Part shown: one piece after another, positions 39,801 through 51,800 of the stretch
Layout of the letters: each line of letters begins with the position of its first letter
How positions within the stretch are numbered: position 1 is the first letter of the stretch
Origin: Psilocybe cubensis
Lineage: Eukaryota
DNA length: 64,000 nucleotides
Direction: 5' to 3'
Assembly: GCA_017499595.2 (NCBI GenBank)
Contig: CM039000.1
Span: forward strand, 2,604,001 to 2,668,000
Program-made: the position numbers and the translations under genes
The notes under the pieces: model-generated
What the model was told of the DNA's origin: nothing
Database searches by the model: none
Seen by the model: the letters and a program-made list of their open reading frames with translations, nothing else

Positions 39801-40185
39801 ACAAAAGATTTGAGGACAAAGTCAAGGAATTAAAAGAGGCCATAATTTTATGAGCATATATTTTGCCACTGAATCGCAAAATTGAAACGCACCCTTTGTC
39901 GATTCTGGATCGCTTGGAGCGGGGCCCGTCAAGGTCACCCTGTCCAATTAAAGTCCCATGCGAAAGCCCAGAATACGTGGATCCAGGATCCGATGGTGGA
40001 AGATAGGAATAAGTAATGGAGGGTTTCTTAGGATCGCGCTTTAAAGAGCTCTGCTGCAAAGAAGCTGAAGACGGAGGCCCTGGCAGAATTTCAGTAGCAA
40101 AACTTGCATCACCCTCAAGATGAGGTGGCTGATGCACGGCGACACCTGGCAGCAAATAAGGTGGCAAGCTCGCCGTCGTAGCCAT
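36863..40185 (-). CDS. Double PHD-finger chromatin protein (Rco1/Cph1-2-like, candidate Rpd3S subunit), multi-exon
   Basis: PHD1 NEDHCSSC...LVYCDGCPRAFHFWCLDPP...WFCSTC; NP.EFQLP.DIR.YF; PHD2 CFQC...CDYCNLHWHMDCLDPP...WMCPNH; YRVPE..I.LDF. Confidence 0.82.
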
Positions 40186-41194
40186 TCTCTCTGACGGAGA
40201 AATGGATGGAACGCTGAAAAACGTCGGTAACGGAGACGAGAGTAAGGAACAAGCGACAAATCAGGTCAGGCCGAATTGCACTAGTCGGTACATAAATACT
40301 GCCCGAGCACTGGACACATTTCTATTTAACTCTTAAAATCTCTAGACACAGTATTTTACGAGTAAATTCAAAGGGCAAAATACTAGGACAAGGCTTCACA
40401 AAAGAATGATATTCTATTGTTCGATGGTTAGACCAACGGTTGACCCACTGACTGGTAATCACCCGAAACGACTTCCAAGAGCTCAACATACAAAGGTTTG
40501 GGTAGCAAAATAGAAGATAATACACCGATATCATGATGACCATCTTTTGGCACTTGTCGTGTCCAGGAAACGATTGGCTCTATTGCGGAGAATAGGGCAC
40601 TTGCGCAAACATTCAAGACCGTAAAGTGTTGGCGCCAGCTTATGATCCAAAAATCTCACCGTACCTCCAACTTAGGACCCCCAAACAGTTTGCCACCTTG
40701 ACATAGATGTCTCGTATACAACTTGTATAGGTCGACACGCAAGCAAGGAATTCTTGGTGGTATTCTGACTCGGGGTCGGTTGAAGGTTTAAGTTGTCGGA
40801 TTAAATGTCATATACGCATGGACAATTGTACAGCTGTGCACCGAGAGCAGGCAACAGCATTGCAGTCTCCAGTAGCTACGAGCAGGTGGGACATCCCAAA
40901 AACAAAAATTAAATCCTGCAAAAAAAAACCTAGTATGTAACAGCAACGTTTTCCAAAGTTGTGTTAAACACTACGAAAACGACAAACAAAATTAGTGGAA
41001 TGAGAAGTGGGAGGCCCAACTAAAATATACCTCGAATAAATTGAGCGGCTTCGATATTTTGACGAAGATGCAGTTGGATGAGCTGGGTCATCGTGGCATT
41101 GAAATGAAAAAATGAACATGTTCAACCTCACAAAGCCAAACACGTTGTTAATGACTGTCCGAAGTCTGCTACTTTTTCGTTACAGTCACTGTCA

Positions 41195-42260
41195 ATGGCT
41201 AACACAACAGTTAGCGGTGCAACTGCTATCCACGGTCAAAATCCCCAGGTACGACGTACCCACCTTTTGTCACATACGATTCTCTCCTAATTTGTTTAGT
41301 TTTTAGTGGAAACTGTCATTCGAAATAGGATCTATGAATCGACGTATTGGAAAGAGCACTGTTTTGCGCTTACAGGTCATTCAATCTGCTCTCCTTTGTA
41401 TATTCCAGCTGACAGTTCCTTCCTGGTTAGCTGAATCTATAATCGACAAAGCCATTGAGGTTCGATTTATTGGCGGCGTTTACGGGAACCAGAAACCAAC
41501 CGAGTTTCTATGTTTACTGCTTAAACTGTTGCAAATTCAACCTGAGAAAGAGATATTGGTAGAGTACTTGAGGGCGGATGAATTCAAGTGCGCTAACCAA
41601 CCGTATTGCTTTAACACTACTAACCTTCAGGTTTAGATATTTAAGGGCGCTTGCAGCATTATACATTCGGATGACATTTCGCGCTGTAGATGTATACGAG
41701 TTGTTGGAACCGCTACTCAAAGATTACAGAAAACTACGCCTCAGAAATATGTGTAAGTGTCAACCAATCAGTGCTATCTTTTGTCTCATTTTTATCTAGC
41801 TGGGTACTCCTTGGTTTTCATGGATGAATTTGTTTACAGCTTACTGACCGAAGAAAGAGTTTGTGACATTATTATGCCTCGACTGGCCAAACGACAAGTG
41901 CTGGAGGAAAACGGGGAACTCGGTCCTCGCAAAAGCAGACTGTTGGCGGCCATGCAAGGCGACAGTGACCAGGAGGACAAAGACAGTAGCAAGAGTAGGA
42001 GTACGAGTAGGAGCAGAAGCAGAAGCAGGTCCCGAAGCCGGAGTTCAAACAGAAGCAGAAGCAGAAGCAGAAGCAGGAGTTTCAGTCGAAGTCGAAGTGG
42101 CAGCCTGGCGAGGAGCACTGGATCTGGCCGTAGTAGGAGTACAAATTCACGAGACGATGCAAGATATGTTTCTCGCAGTCCTTCACGGTCAATGTCACGG
42201 TCTCCATCTCCCAGTGGAAGTAATGCAGATACTATGGATGTGGATGTAAAAGAGTCGTAG
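41195..42260 (+). CDS. PRP38: Pre-mRNA splicing factor Prp38 (PRP38A type) with RS tail, multi-exon
   Basis: IHGQNPQFLVE.VIR.RIYES.YWKEHCFALT, PTEFLCLLLKLLQIQP, FKYLRALAALYIR, LEPLLKDYRKLR, MDEFVYSLL.EERVCDI. Confidence 0.96.
42013..42076 (+). repeat. Coding microsatellite (AGCAGA)n encoding Ser-Arg dipeptides of the Prp38 RS domain
   Basis: Repeated agcagaagcagaagc tracts are visible directly and translate to SRSRSRS. Confidence 0.8.
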
Positions 42261-42271
42261 TATATTGTACT

Positions 42272-43221
42272 TTACTTTTTTTCTTCTATTTTTTGCTCCC
42301 TCCATTTACCCAATTCACTCGATAGCAACTTCCATCGTTCCTCCACAAATGGCATCCCTTCCAAAGATTGGAGCGTTTCAGGTGACATGAAGCCCCGATT
42401 TTTATGTTCGCCATACCACACTGTTGGTAGGATAATTAGCCCACGGCTATAAGGACATTAACACCGACTTACCAATGTCTTCTCGTCGTGTCGGTGCAGC
42501 GGATATTCTGTCGACACGGCCTTCGACGCAGTCTTGGAGAGCAAGTGAATTATAATATTTGCAAACAACCTTCCCCCCGTTCTTTTCTATCGCTTCAATT
42601 GCACTTTTGCTCGCGCGCGATGCAATGACATAAATCGGGGTATGAAAATGTTGAACTCCCTGTAATGTATGTATATTGTGAATATAGAAGGGCAAGCCTG
42701 AGGACTTGGGAACGTACGTCTCCCAAAATCTTAACTCCGTCGTGTACTTGATGGATACATCCACTCTCAAGCAAGTCTCGGGCAGTAATTGGGTTGTCGG
42801 GAGACGATGTTAAGCGCCCTTGGTCTATCCAGTGTTGAATTCGATCAAGGTTCACGGGAGCGTACGTTTTCTCATTGCTGTAAGAGATTCATTTTGTTAC
42901 CTTTCATTTTATATGGACGTTGGGCCATTGGAGACATACTGGTTCACAAAACCACGCTTGGGGAATAATTTGGTGATTGGTGTCTGTCCACCTTCAAAAC
43001 CTGGCTTGATACCAGGGCCTGAACGCGACTTTTGACCATTGGCACCACGACCTGCAGTGCCACCGTAACCTGAACCTTGACCTCTTCCGACACGTTTTTG
43101 CTAAGGGACAGTTTCAGCAAGGAGCGCTCAAGGACTGGGAATAACTGACATTATGTTGCGACCCCGGAGCAGGTTTCAAGTTAGCAAGAGTAACGCGCGC
43201 CGCATTGATTCTAGACGCCAT
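42272..43221 (-). CDS. MRPL10: Mitochondrial ribosomal protein uL15m (yeast MrpL10-like), multi-exon
   Basis: [71 protein letters not shown]. Confidence 0.93.
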
Positions 43222-43459
43222 GGAATAGTTTGTAGGCCGCAATTGGGACGGTGTACGGTAAGAAAGGTACCGTCACCGACAATGAACTTGCGCTTAAGGC
43301 GGGGGTCGGATGAAGGAGTGCTCGGCGTGCTGCTTTCCTGAAACAGTAATTTTTTGTCGGACCGCTCATGCCGGTACTGTGACACCAACGCCAGCTCTTT
43401 TCCATCTCCATCACTTATTTCACTATCGCCTTCTCTTCAGCTTGTCATTCCCACACGTT

Positions 43460-45252
43460 ATGTCTGCTGCTGCTCTCAGGCCCATTGTTACGATATGTGG
43501 AACAACTGGGGTGGGAAAATCGAAGCTAGCAATCGAACTTGCTTTGCATCTGAATCAAAGCAGCAATAAAACTCAGTGGCGCCGTGCCAAAATCATCAAC
43601 GCTGATTCCATGCAGGTTTATAAAGGTCTCGATGTAATTACCAATAAAGTCCCCGTTAGCGAACGACATGGAATTCCACATTTATTGATGGATTTCAAAC
43701 AACCAGGAGAGCAATATGTTGTTGGGGAATGGGTGCAGGATACTCTTAAATTGGTCAGTCCATGTATATCATTGCTCGATATGAGTATCACGTCTGTTAT
43801 GTAGATAGATGAAATGCATAACAACGGAGAGTTACCTATCATAGTGGGTGGGACATCGTACTGGATTCAGCACCTTATTTTTCCAAATCGTCTGGTCTCT
43901 AAAGAAGTAGATGGGCCAGGACAGCAAAAGGAAGCAGTCTTGTCTGGGGATCTCCAAAACGCGGTTCTTAAGTTACCTCCGGAACTCTTTGCTTTGTTTG
44001 AAAATCTTCCACCTGAACCCCCTTCTGCAAAACTCGATCCTGACAATGCTTTCAAGCTGCACCAACTTTTATCTCTTCTCGACCCCGTTATATCCGGACG
44101 TTGGCATTGGAAAGACACCAGGAAGGTACTAAGAAATTTGGAGATTATAAAAGAATCTGGCAAACGTCCCAGTGAAATCATTCAAGAGCAATCCAAGGTT
44201 ACTACAGATAGCAATCCAAGGTTACTTTTGCACGGTTTATAGAATACACTATTTTACTGATATCTTTCAGATTTCGTACCTTGTGTTTCTGGCTATACTC
44301 TGAGCCAGTAGAGTTAGGTCGAAGGCTTGACAGTCGCGTGGACGACATGATTTCGGTGAGTACAGTACATCTTCATAAGACTTTCGTTAACGCGACTCAG
44401 CAAGGTCTCGTCGAAGAGGTTAGATCTATGCGCAAATTAGCAGAAAATAATTCGTCTTCTTGGGACCAAACAGACCGACCAATTCTGGATTACACGCTTG
44501 GTATTTTCCAAGCTATAGGTGATATATTGAGAGTATCGGTGAAATCTGTTCACTGAATTGTTACATAGGTTATAGAGAATTCTGTGGCTATCTGGATCAA
44601 CCTACAGAATCTTCGTTCAAAGACGCAGTTATTCGCATGAAACTTTCAACAAGGCAGTACGCAAAAAGGCAAATATCTTGGATACGAAACAAATTGCTTC
44701 CTGCTATTGAACCAGCTTCTACCTATGTCCATATGTATCTTCTGGACGCCTCTGGTACGCGTTGAATGGTATGAAAAACTGACTGAGTCTCATAACAACC
44801 TAGCACTAGGAGATGATTGGGTGGCCAACGTACAAAACCCTGCCATTCGATTACAGAATGGTAAGCCTGATCACGTCGTCAAATAACACCATTACTGAAA
44901 TATGCCAGCCTTTCTTTCCGATCGAGAGTTGCCCGCTCCCAATACCCTATCAGACACGGCATCCAACTTGCTTACTGTGGCGCCAAAAGATGTCAAGTAA
45001 ATGCTATTTTTGTTGATTTCTTCTTTATGTTAATGTACTCTTAGTCCAACGTCAGTACTTGAAGCCAGAAGAAGGAAAGTCTGCCCAGTGTGTACAGTCC
45101 AAGAAGATCGTCCTGTAATGATTGAGGAGGGAGCAGAATGGGAGATCCACCGAAATACTAAAGCTCATCGAAAAATGGCTTCAAGGGCAAGTAGGAACAG
45201 TAATTCGGACTACAGGGTAAAAACGAATGTTGAAAACGCACAGACTACATAA
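43460..45252 (+). CDS. MOD5: tRNA dimethylallyl (isopentenyl) transferase, multi-exon
   Basis: P-loop GTTGVGKS, INADSMQVYKGLDVITNK, VGGTSYW, FQAIGYREF, TRQYAKRQ..W; C-terminal Zn finger C..C...H.....H. Confidence 0.95.
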
Positions 45253-45393
45253 TTTTACTATTATAAAATTGTTGACTGACTCGGCGATCCCAACGTATGA
45301 AGCGAGAGTATTGACCAAGTACCGCCATGGAAAATAAATGCGACCGGCCACGAGTTTGTTTAGATATGGTGGTATCTTTTTCAACATTGGTTT

Positions 45394-46027
45394 TTAGGTT
45401 GGGAAATCAGTCGTCTCGTTCCTTGGTGCAGACTGAGGTACATCATCATCTTCTGATTCTTCACCATCAGAGAGGTTTTCCTCAACGTTTACCCCGTCGA
45501 CTCCCGGTCCTTCGTTTACAACCTGTTCGAATGTGTCGAATAAACTCGAAATAAACAATTGGTCTTAAAAGTTTAATTCTTCACGAGTTTGTGATGTGAA
45601 AATCAGGCCGATGAAGGGAGATCTTTCCCCCAGGAGGAAGCAACGGCAACATTCATGCAAGCGCACGCACTGTCTGGATTCAAGAAACATTTGAAAATAA
45701 GGTTGTCAGTTCCGGTGATCCATTCATTGAGGGCGTCTATCTTGAACATCGTATAAGTATAGTTGTCGTGGCTAAAAATATTGTGGCGTACTAAGGGTTT
45801 ATACATAATACTTTATACTTAGAATCTTCTTTCTCATTCGCTTCGCACCGGAAGGTGGTACTAATTAAAAAAAGTGTTAGCTGTTCGGGCACTGGAACGT
45901 CCTCTGGTGTAGATTCTCTCCAGGGTTAAAAAGGAGACCAAAAGCTTTGTGGTGTCCCGGCGACGTCACGATAGGCTTGATCTTCAGTGACGAAAGGGTT
46001 AGCGGAGGTTTCAAAAACTAAGGGCAT
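45394..46027 (-). CDS. Putative small spliced orphan gene or pseudogene; the 5' exon structure is ambiguous
   Basis: Minus-strand branch point GCTAAC (45881-45876), polypyrimidine tract and TAG acceptor (45863-45861); GTGCGT donor at 45670; phase-compatible exons ending in an acidic tail ...EENLSDGEESEDDDVPQSAPRNETTDFPT*. Confidence 0.4.
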
Positions 46028-46634
46028 TCGGTCGGTGTTTGGTGGAGGACAAGTGGTGACGAGCGCGGCTGGAGGAGTAACTGGGCAGGGATTCCTCCAA
46101 TGCGGAGAAGGGCGTGCTATAGTTGAGGTTTAGGAAGGTTCAAGTTATAGTCAACCTAGTGAGATAGCAGGCAAAATGGATATGGTAGATTATTTGTTAG
46201 ATGTAATCTAGTATACATCTGTCCAAACAACACACAATTATACTCACTGCTCCAGCTATATGCTGCAGACAGAGTCGAGCCAGGTCGAGCCTAGCTTAAA
46301 TTAAAGAGAAAATTGCCGAACTATAAAACGACGAACGAACATCGAGGTTGACATTTTTCCATTTACCGGACCTGTCTTAACGGGACTAGGTAAACACGGA
46401 AGCCGAGTTCTTGATTCATCATTGTCTAGCTTGCGCATCTTTTCTCTCGGTCTCAACTTGAGACTCTCGTGAATAATCGCTGGTGTTTTTTCTTTCTTTG
46501 GGACATGTCTCTTTAACTCCTCTCTCGATCTTCCATTTCAATAGTCATGATGTCACATTCTAAATCATCTCCACAGTATATATGCAGAGGTTCTTGCCTG
46601 AACGCAGCTTCACGAGTGCATCTTGCGTCTCATC

Positions 46635-48621
46635 ATGCGATTTAATCAACTCTGGCTTCTAGTAAGCCTTCCTCTGGGGTTTTCTGCGTCTTTTAGGATC
46701 GGACAGGGTCTTACAGCAGCGTTAGACCAACAATGCTCTGCACAGGTTGAACGACAACCGGTGTATGCTGCTGCGCCCACTTCCAGTGGAACGATTTACC
46801 AGGTGCTCTCTGATGACCCCAAATTCTCGCGAGTGGTCAAAGCGATCAACTTCGTCGAGGATGTAGTATCTCTTCTCGATGATTCGTCTGTGGAGTAAGT
46901 GTTGTGACAATTCAGGTTAGATAGATACTGAGACAATGCTTTCCAGATTAACCTTCTTTGCTCCTCCGGACCAAGCACTTCATCATCCAGACCACCCTCA
47001 TAAGCTTCTTCCGCCCATTGCTGGTGAAAGGCCAGAACAGACCATCGGCTCTTACTCCAGATTGAAGGCTTCCATCAGACAGGATATCAAAACAACAGGC
47101 AATGTCGACGAATTCAAGTACATCTCAGAATTCAAAAATTTAGAAGATGCCATTGAATTGCTCGACCAGTTTGAAGCACTCTCCAATGATGATGACGGCG
47201 ACGACAAGAAATGCAAAGAGATACTCAAATTTATCTTGCGAGCTGTGCTGCATTATCACATCATCCCCGAGAGTCACGACGTCCATGAATTAACACGCAA
47301 TACGACGTACCCAACCAAACTCACCATTCCAGGGGCATCTGACGGTCAACCACTACGGCTCAGAGTTTCGCAGTCGGTCATTCCCCCATTCACTGCCATC
47401 AACTTTTTTGTGCGGGTGTCTCACCCAAATATCAAGGCAAACAATGGTCGGTCACATCATCCACTGAGGGACGTTGTATTAATGAAATTTTAGGCATCAT
47501 TCACGTTGTCAATCACCCAATTATTCCACCTCCTTCGGTATTTCAAGAATTATACTTAGCCCCTCGCCACTTTTCAACTCTGGTAATTATTAATGTCACA
47601 ATTCTCGTAGGCAAACTGACCGTGGTTTCCAGACGTCAGCACTTCAGCGGTCCGAGTTGACAACGGACGTTGATCTCAGATACGTCCATGGCAAAGGGTT
47701 TGCCGGAGCATCTTTGGTGACTGTATTTGCCCCCACGAATCGTGCCTTTAAAGCCTTGCCAATGAAGTTACAATTGTTCTTGTTCTCGCCAATTGGAGAA
47801 AGAATCTTGAAGAAAATACTTCAGTACCATATCGTTCCAGACATCGTGGTGCACTCAAGTTAGTTTTTTTTTTTCCGTTATGATACTTCCTACTCAATGA
47901 GATTTTTAACAGATTTCGTCCATCATACCAAAGCCCATGACCTTCCGGACGAGGCTATCGCTTATTTTGACGCAAAGCCTCAAATCATTGGTATCTCTGA
48001 CTCGAATATGCTTTTTGATATCGAGGAACGGAAGTGGCCTGTATTTTCGTGGGTCATGAAGTGAATTGATTTCTGATACGAAAATACAATATGCATACTG
48101 ACTCATTCATCACTAGGTTGTTACATTCTGGTTTAACTCGTCGCGGTGAACGTAAACCGCACGTGGAGCCTGTATTTTCGACCAACCTCACTCTCGACAC
48201 ACTTTTTGTTAACCACACACTCCGCACACACATCTCTCAACACAAGATCAACTTTCCTTTCCCTGGGCCAAAACGACCCTCCATCATTGACACCAAAGTG
48301 TTCGTCAACCATCATCCTGTGGTCGCCGCCGACGTGGTCAGCTTAAACGGTGTTGTCCATGTCATCGATCGGTTACTGGATCCACGCAAAGGCAAAGGTC
48401 ACCACGGCCACCATCATCATCATGAGAAATCATCTCGTGTACGCAAGTATGATGATGATTGTCATGACCGCTCGCATGATGATCGCCACCATCACAAACA
48501 TCACCACAAGCACCATAAACATCATAAACACGAGGAGACGGATGTCTATGCCGCAGAATATGATGATGTGTGGAGCGATTGGGAGAGTTGGTTGATCAAG
48601 TGGGCGGATGAACAGGATTGA
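46635..48621 (+). CDS. Secreted fasciclin (two FAS1 domains) with His-rich C-terminal tail, multi-exon
   Basis: Hydrophobic signal peptide; FAS1 motifs LTFFAP, VLHYHI, NGIIHVVN, VTVFAPTNRAF, ILQYHIVP, NGVVHVIDRLL. Confidence 0.9.
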
Positions 48622-48824
48622 ATGCGTTAATCACCGGGTCGCGTTCGGCCTTACCTTTGTATTATAGTCGTGTATGCAGCGAAATGAGGAAATGTACATA
48701 TTCAGTTAATCTTTTTTTTTTGCGATTTCCCCCTGTGTTTCGAGGGTTAAGTTTATTTGATTTGTTGAATACATCAAGGGCAGATCGTGTACCATAGGAA
48801 TGGGACTAGTGGACCAAGTCGTTG

Positions 48825-51800
48825 TTATATCGGTGAATAGCGTTCGAGTCCAAAAGCTCTGCTTCTTTGTGAACCGTCTACAACAATCCATGTATTAATC
48901 TGAAAGGTGAGCGGGGCGTTCTCGACCTTGTCAACTGTATCGGGTATCGGTCTATCGTGTGATACAAACAGGTTCCCCAGTAGTGGTTTGACCCTTGCAG
49001 AGAATTCACGCAGTGCCAAGCTGTCTTTCGCCAAATCCGCCCGTTTGAGACCTTTGAAAAGAGAGCTCTTGAAAAATTACAGTCAACTATATATATATAT
49101 TATGATAGGATCATTGACATACCTTATCACCAATGGAAAGCTTAACTTGGTCTCCGACCTCATCCTCAATCAAAACATACATTTGATAACAGAATTGAAC
49201 AAATTCGTGGTCAAAATCTGCGCACTTTAAGCATGCCCGATGTTTTTTTGGTATCCTGATAAAATTTGGCGTCAGTCAAATAATCCATCACATAATCAAG
49301 TTACCAACTCTTTGTTACACGATGAACAATTTTGGTAAAATGCATTCTTTAGTTCAGGTGGGTAAAAGCTGACAACTTTGGCAATAAGTTGGTATTGTTC
49401 AGCATCTGGATTTTGCAGTGGCAAATCTCTTATGCGAGTGTGCACATTTTCGCACTTTGAAATATCTGGCTGGCGGTGAGAATTCTGTACAGTGTTTGTC
49501 CATTCTTCTTTTCGGCTATGGGGTAAAAACATTGTTTCATCATGCGATATATAAAATTCTAATGTACTTACCGAATGAAATCATTCAGACGGACATTGTC
49601 CGTTCGGTTAATGTTCATTGGCGTAATAAGTTTTTCACTTCCACCCAAAATACCACAGATACCACCTTCGACTGTATTGAATTTCAGTCGAAGCTTTCGT
49701 ATCAATAATATTGTACCAGGGGTAGCGGATTTGAGGATGTGACTTTGTCCATCATCTAACATAATTTTAATGACACAGCCCTCAAGGTTGCGAGACCATA
49801 TTTCGTCGCCGCAACTCGTCGCCAAGTCGAAATTCTTGCTATAATCAGTGATGTACAACTTTGGCATATGATGAGGCTTAGATTCAATGTGCAATAGCTT
49901 CATGAAAGTGAGTTGTTTGTTTTAAAGGAGAAATAGGCAACGCACCTCCACCAAGCAGTCAAAGAATTTCCCGATTTCAGCATCTTGAACGAGTTGGAAT
50001 AAGTCAGAGTCTGCTTTATGCTTTGAGTTCCATTCCGCCTTCCTCCTGTAATATAATGTCAAATTTATGTCTTCAAGGGAAAAAAAAAATTGACTTGAGT
50101 AAGAGATTAAAATGAATGTTGTTTGCAACATCGTCCTCATCCAACCGAGTAATTTTTGCTTGTGCAATCTTTCCTTCCACATAACCGAATCTATTCAACC
50201 GTATACGTGCATTTTTAATCGAGTAATATTCTCCCTGTTTCATTTTTTCGGCAAACTCTGCGGCGTCGTTCCACATTTCGAACTGCAGGACGTAGTCATT
50301 CATTACTGCTGGCCATTCTTTGCTATTGGACCCAGACCCAGGACTAAGAGTATAATCCGTCGCATATAGAGAGTGAACTCCTTGAGGAGATATGTATACT
50401 CTTAATACCTGAAACGAACCAGAAAAATACAGATGTCAATGTTTGCGTGATAGAACAAATAAGAAAGAAATCAAACCTCCACGGTACAGTCGAAATAACC
50501 ATTGGGAAAAACATGAGGCCCAGTTTCACAAAGGAGTCTGTGCTTCCTTTTCAGGTTATCACTCGAGACCGGCACAACTAATTCAGACTGGTCCTTCTCC
50601 AATATCTTTTTCCACCAATCAGACAATGTTATACAATGTTGAATATCGTCTTCGTCTGGCCGGTAATACGGGGAAAATAGTCCACCGAACCCGTCTGCGA
50701 GTATTTCTTCCTTTGGTGCATTATTTGCAGAACCATAATGTATTTCCCCAGCAAAAGGAGAATAAGCTGCCCAGCGAAGGATATTGTGTTGTCCAATGCC
50801 CATAATATCGCCCCTGTATTCTTCAATCTGCAGATGATAAGCGAGTAATTTTTGTTGTATTTGAACGGCATTCCTACCTTGACAGAATGGAGAATAACGA
50901 CATCGCCCCGGTTTACGCATGGTAGCCATTCTTTGTGACGTTTCATAAAACAATTTATCTTTAAGCCGTTCCATCTACCAGAAGAGTCGCTGCGTGTGGA
51001 ATCTTGGTCTACGATAGTTATGTAGCACATCCATTCTGTTAAGGATCTCGTCAGCATTATATAGACGGCCAATCAGTTAGCCGTACCGCCAGTCCTGGTC
51101 ATCTTCACCTCATTAGATACGTCCACCACAACGCCACTGATATTTGCACGTTGTCCAGGTCGAACATTGCTAATAGGGGAATATCGCTACTGCATGCGTT
51201 ACTAGTCATTCCGGGACCGTGTAGTAAGTTTCTTACAAAACGACATCCTCCAGACTCTTGTTTTTTTTTCGGCTCTTCGGAAATGTGTGGTAGAAATAAG
51301 GTGTCATTCTGGAGGGGTCCTGAATGGAATACGGAAAGCGGGAGGTTAGTTTTGTCAATCTCCCTACACAAAACTTGACCCAGAACTCGACGTACCATCT
51401 TGAGAAGGACCATCGTCCCTTGTTGACGCCTGGGCCGCGGCTTCTTGTTTTTGACGTTTTCTCTCCAATCGTTCTCGCTTTCTTTTCTGCTTAACATGAT
51501 CACGTTCCAGTATGTTCGAGTCGGCTTTGGTATTGACTATGGGCTGTTCTGCAATATGTGGAGAATGTACAGACTGCCCTACTTCTTCCGGCGTCTCCTC
51601 TTCCGCGCCAGAGCTATACCATGAATTATCGACATTTGCTGATTTCCTGGCAGCTAGAAAATCACGGTGAGACTCAAAAGTCGAGTGGTAAGGACAGGAA
51701 CAACTAACATTGCCATGTATTTAGCGTCTTAGTATCCCATTTCGATTCATCCTCCTGTGACTTCCACAATATATGCACATGGTTTGCAAAAACAAGTTGC

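Noticed and set aside
40322..40616. Short ORFs in the 1-kb divergent region between the PHD gene and PRP38
   Set aside because: No recognisable protein and no consistent exon chain; treated as promoter DNA
40533..40768. ATGATGA...CTGA boxes and an 11-nt TCTTGGTGGTA match to recalled LSU rRNA sequence as a possible C/D snoRNA (U24-like)
   Set aside because: The boxes are on the plus strand ~230 nt apart, while the antisense guide would be on the minus strand and is not followed by a D box. An Rfam scan would settle it.
41834..42249. Poly-Leu antisense ORF and (EA)n frameshifted ORF over PRP38
   Set aside because: Shadows of the (AGCAGA)n RS-domain repeat
45995..46002. AGGGTTAG (CTAACCCT on the minus strand) near POT1 as a possible telomerase RNA template
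   Set aside because: An 8-nt match is expected by chance in 64 kb (CTAACCCT also occurs near 22283). No pseudoknot or other support is visible, and the region is better explained by a spliced ORF.
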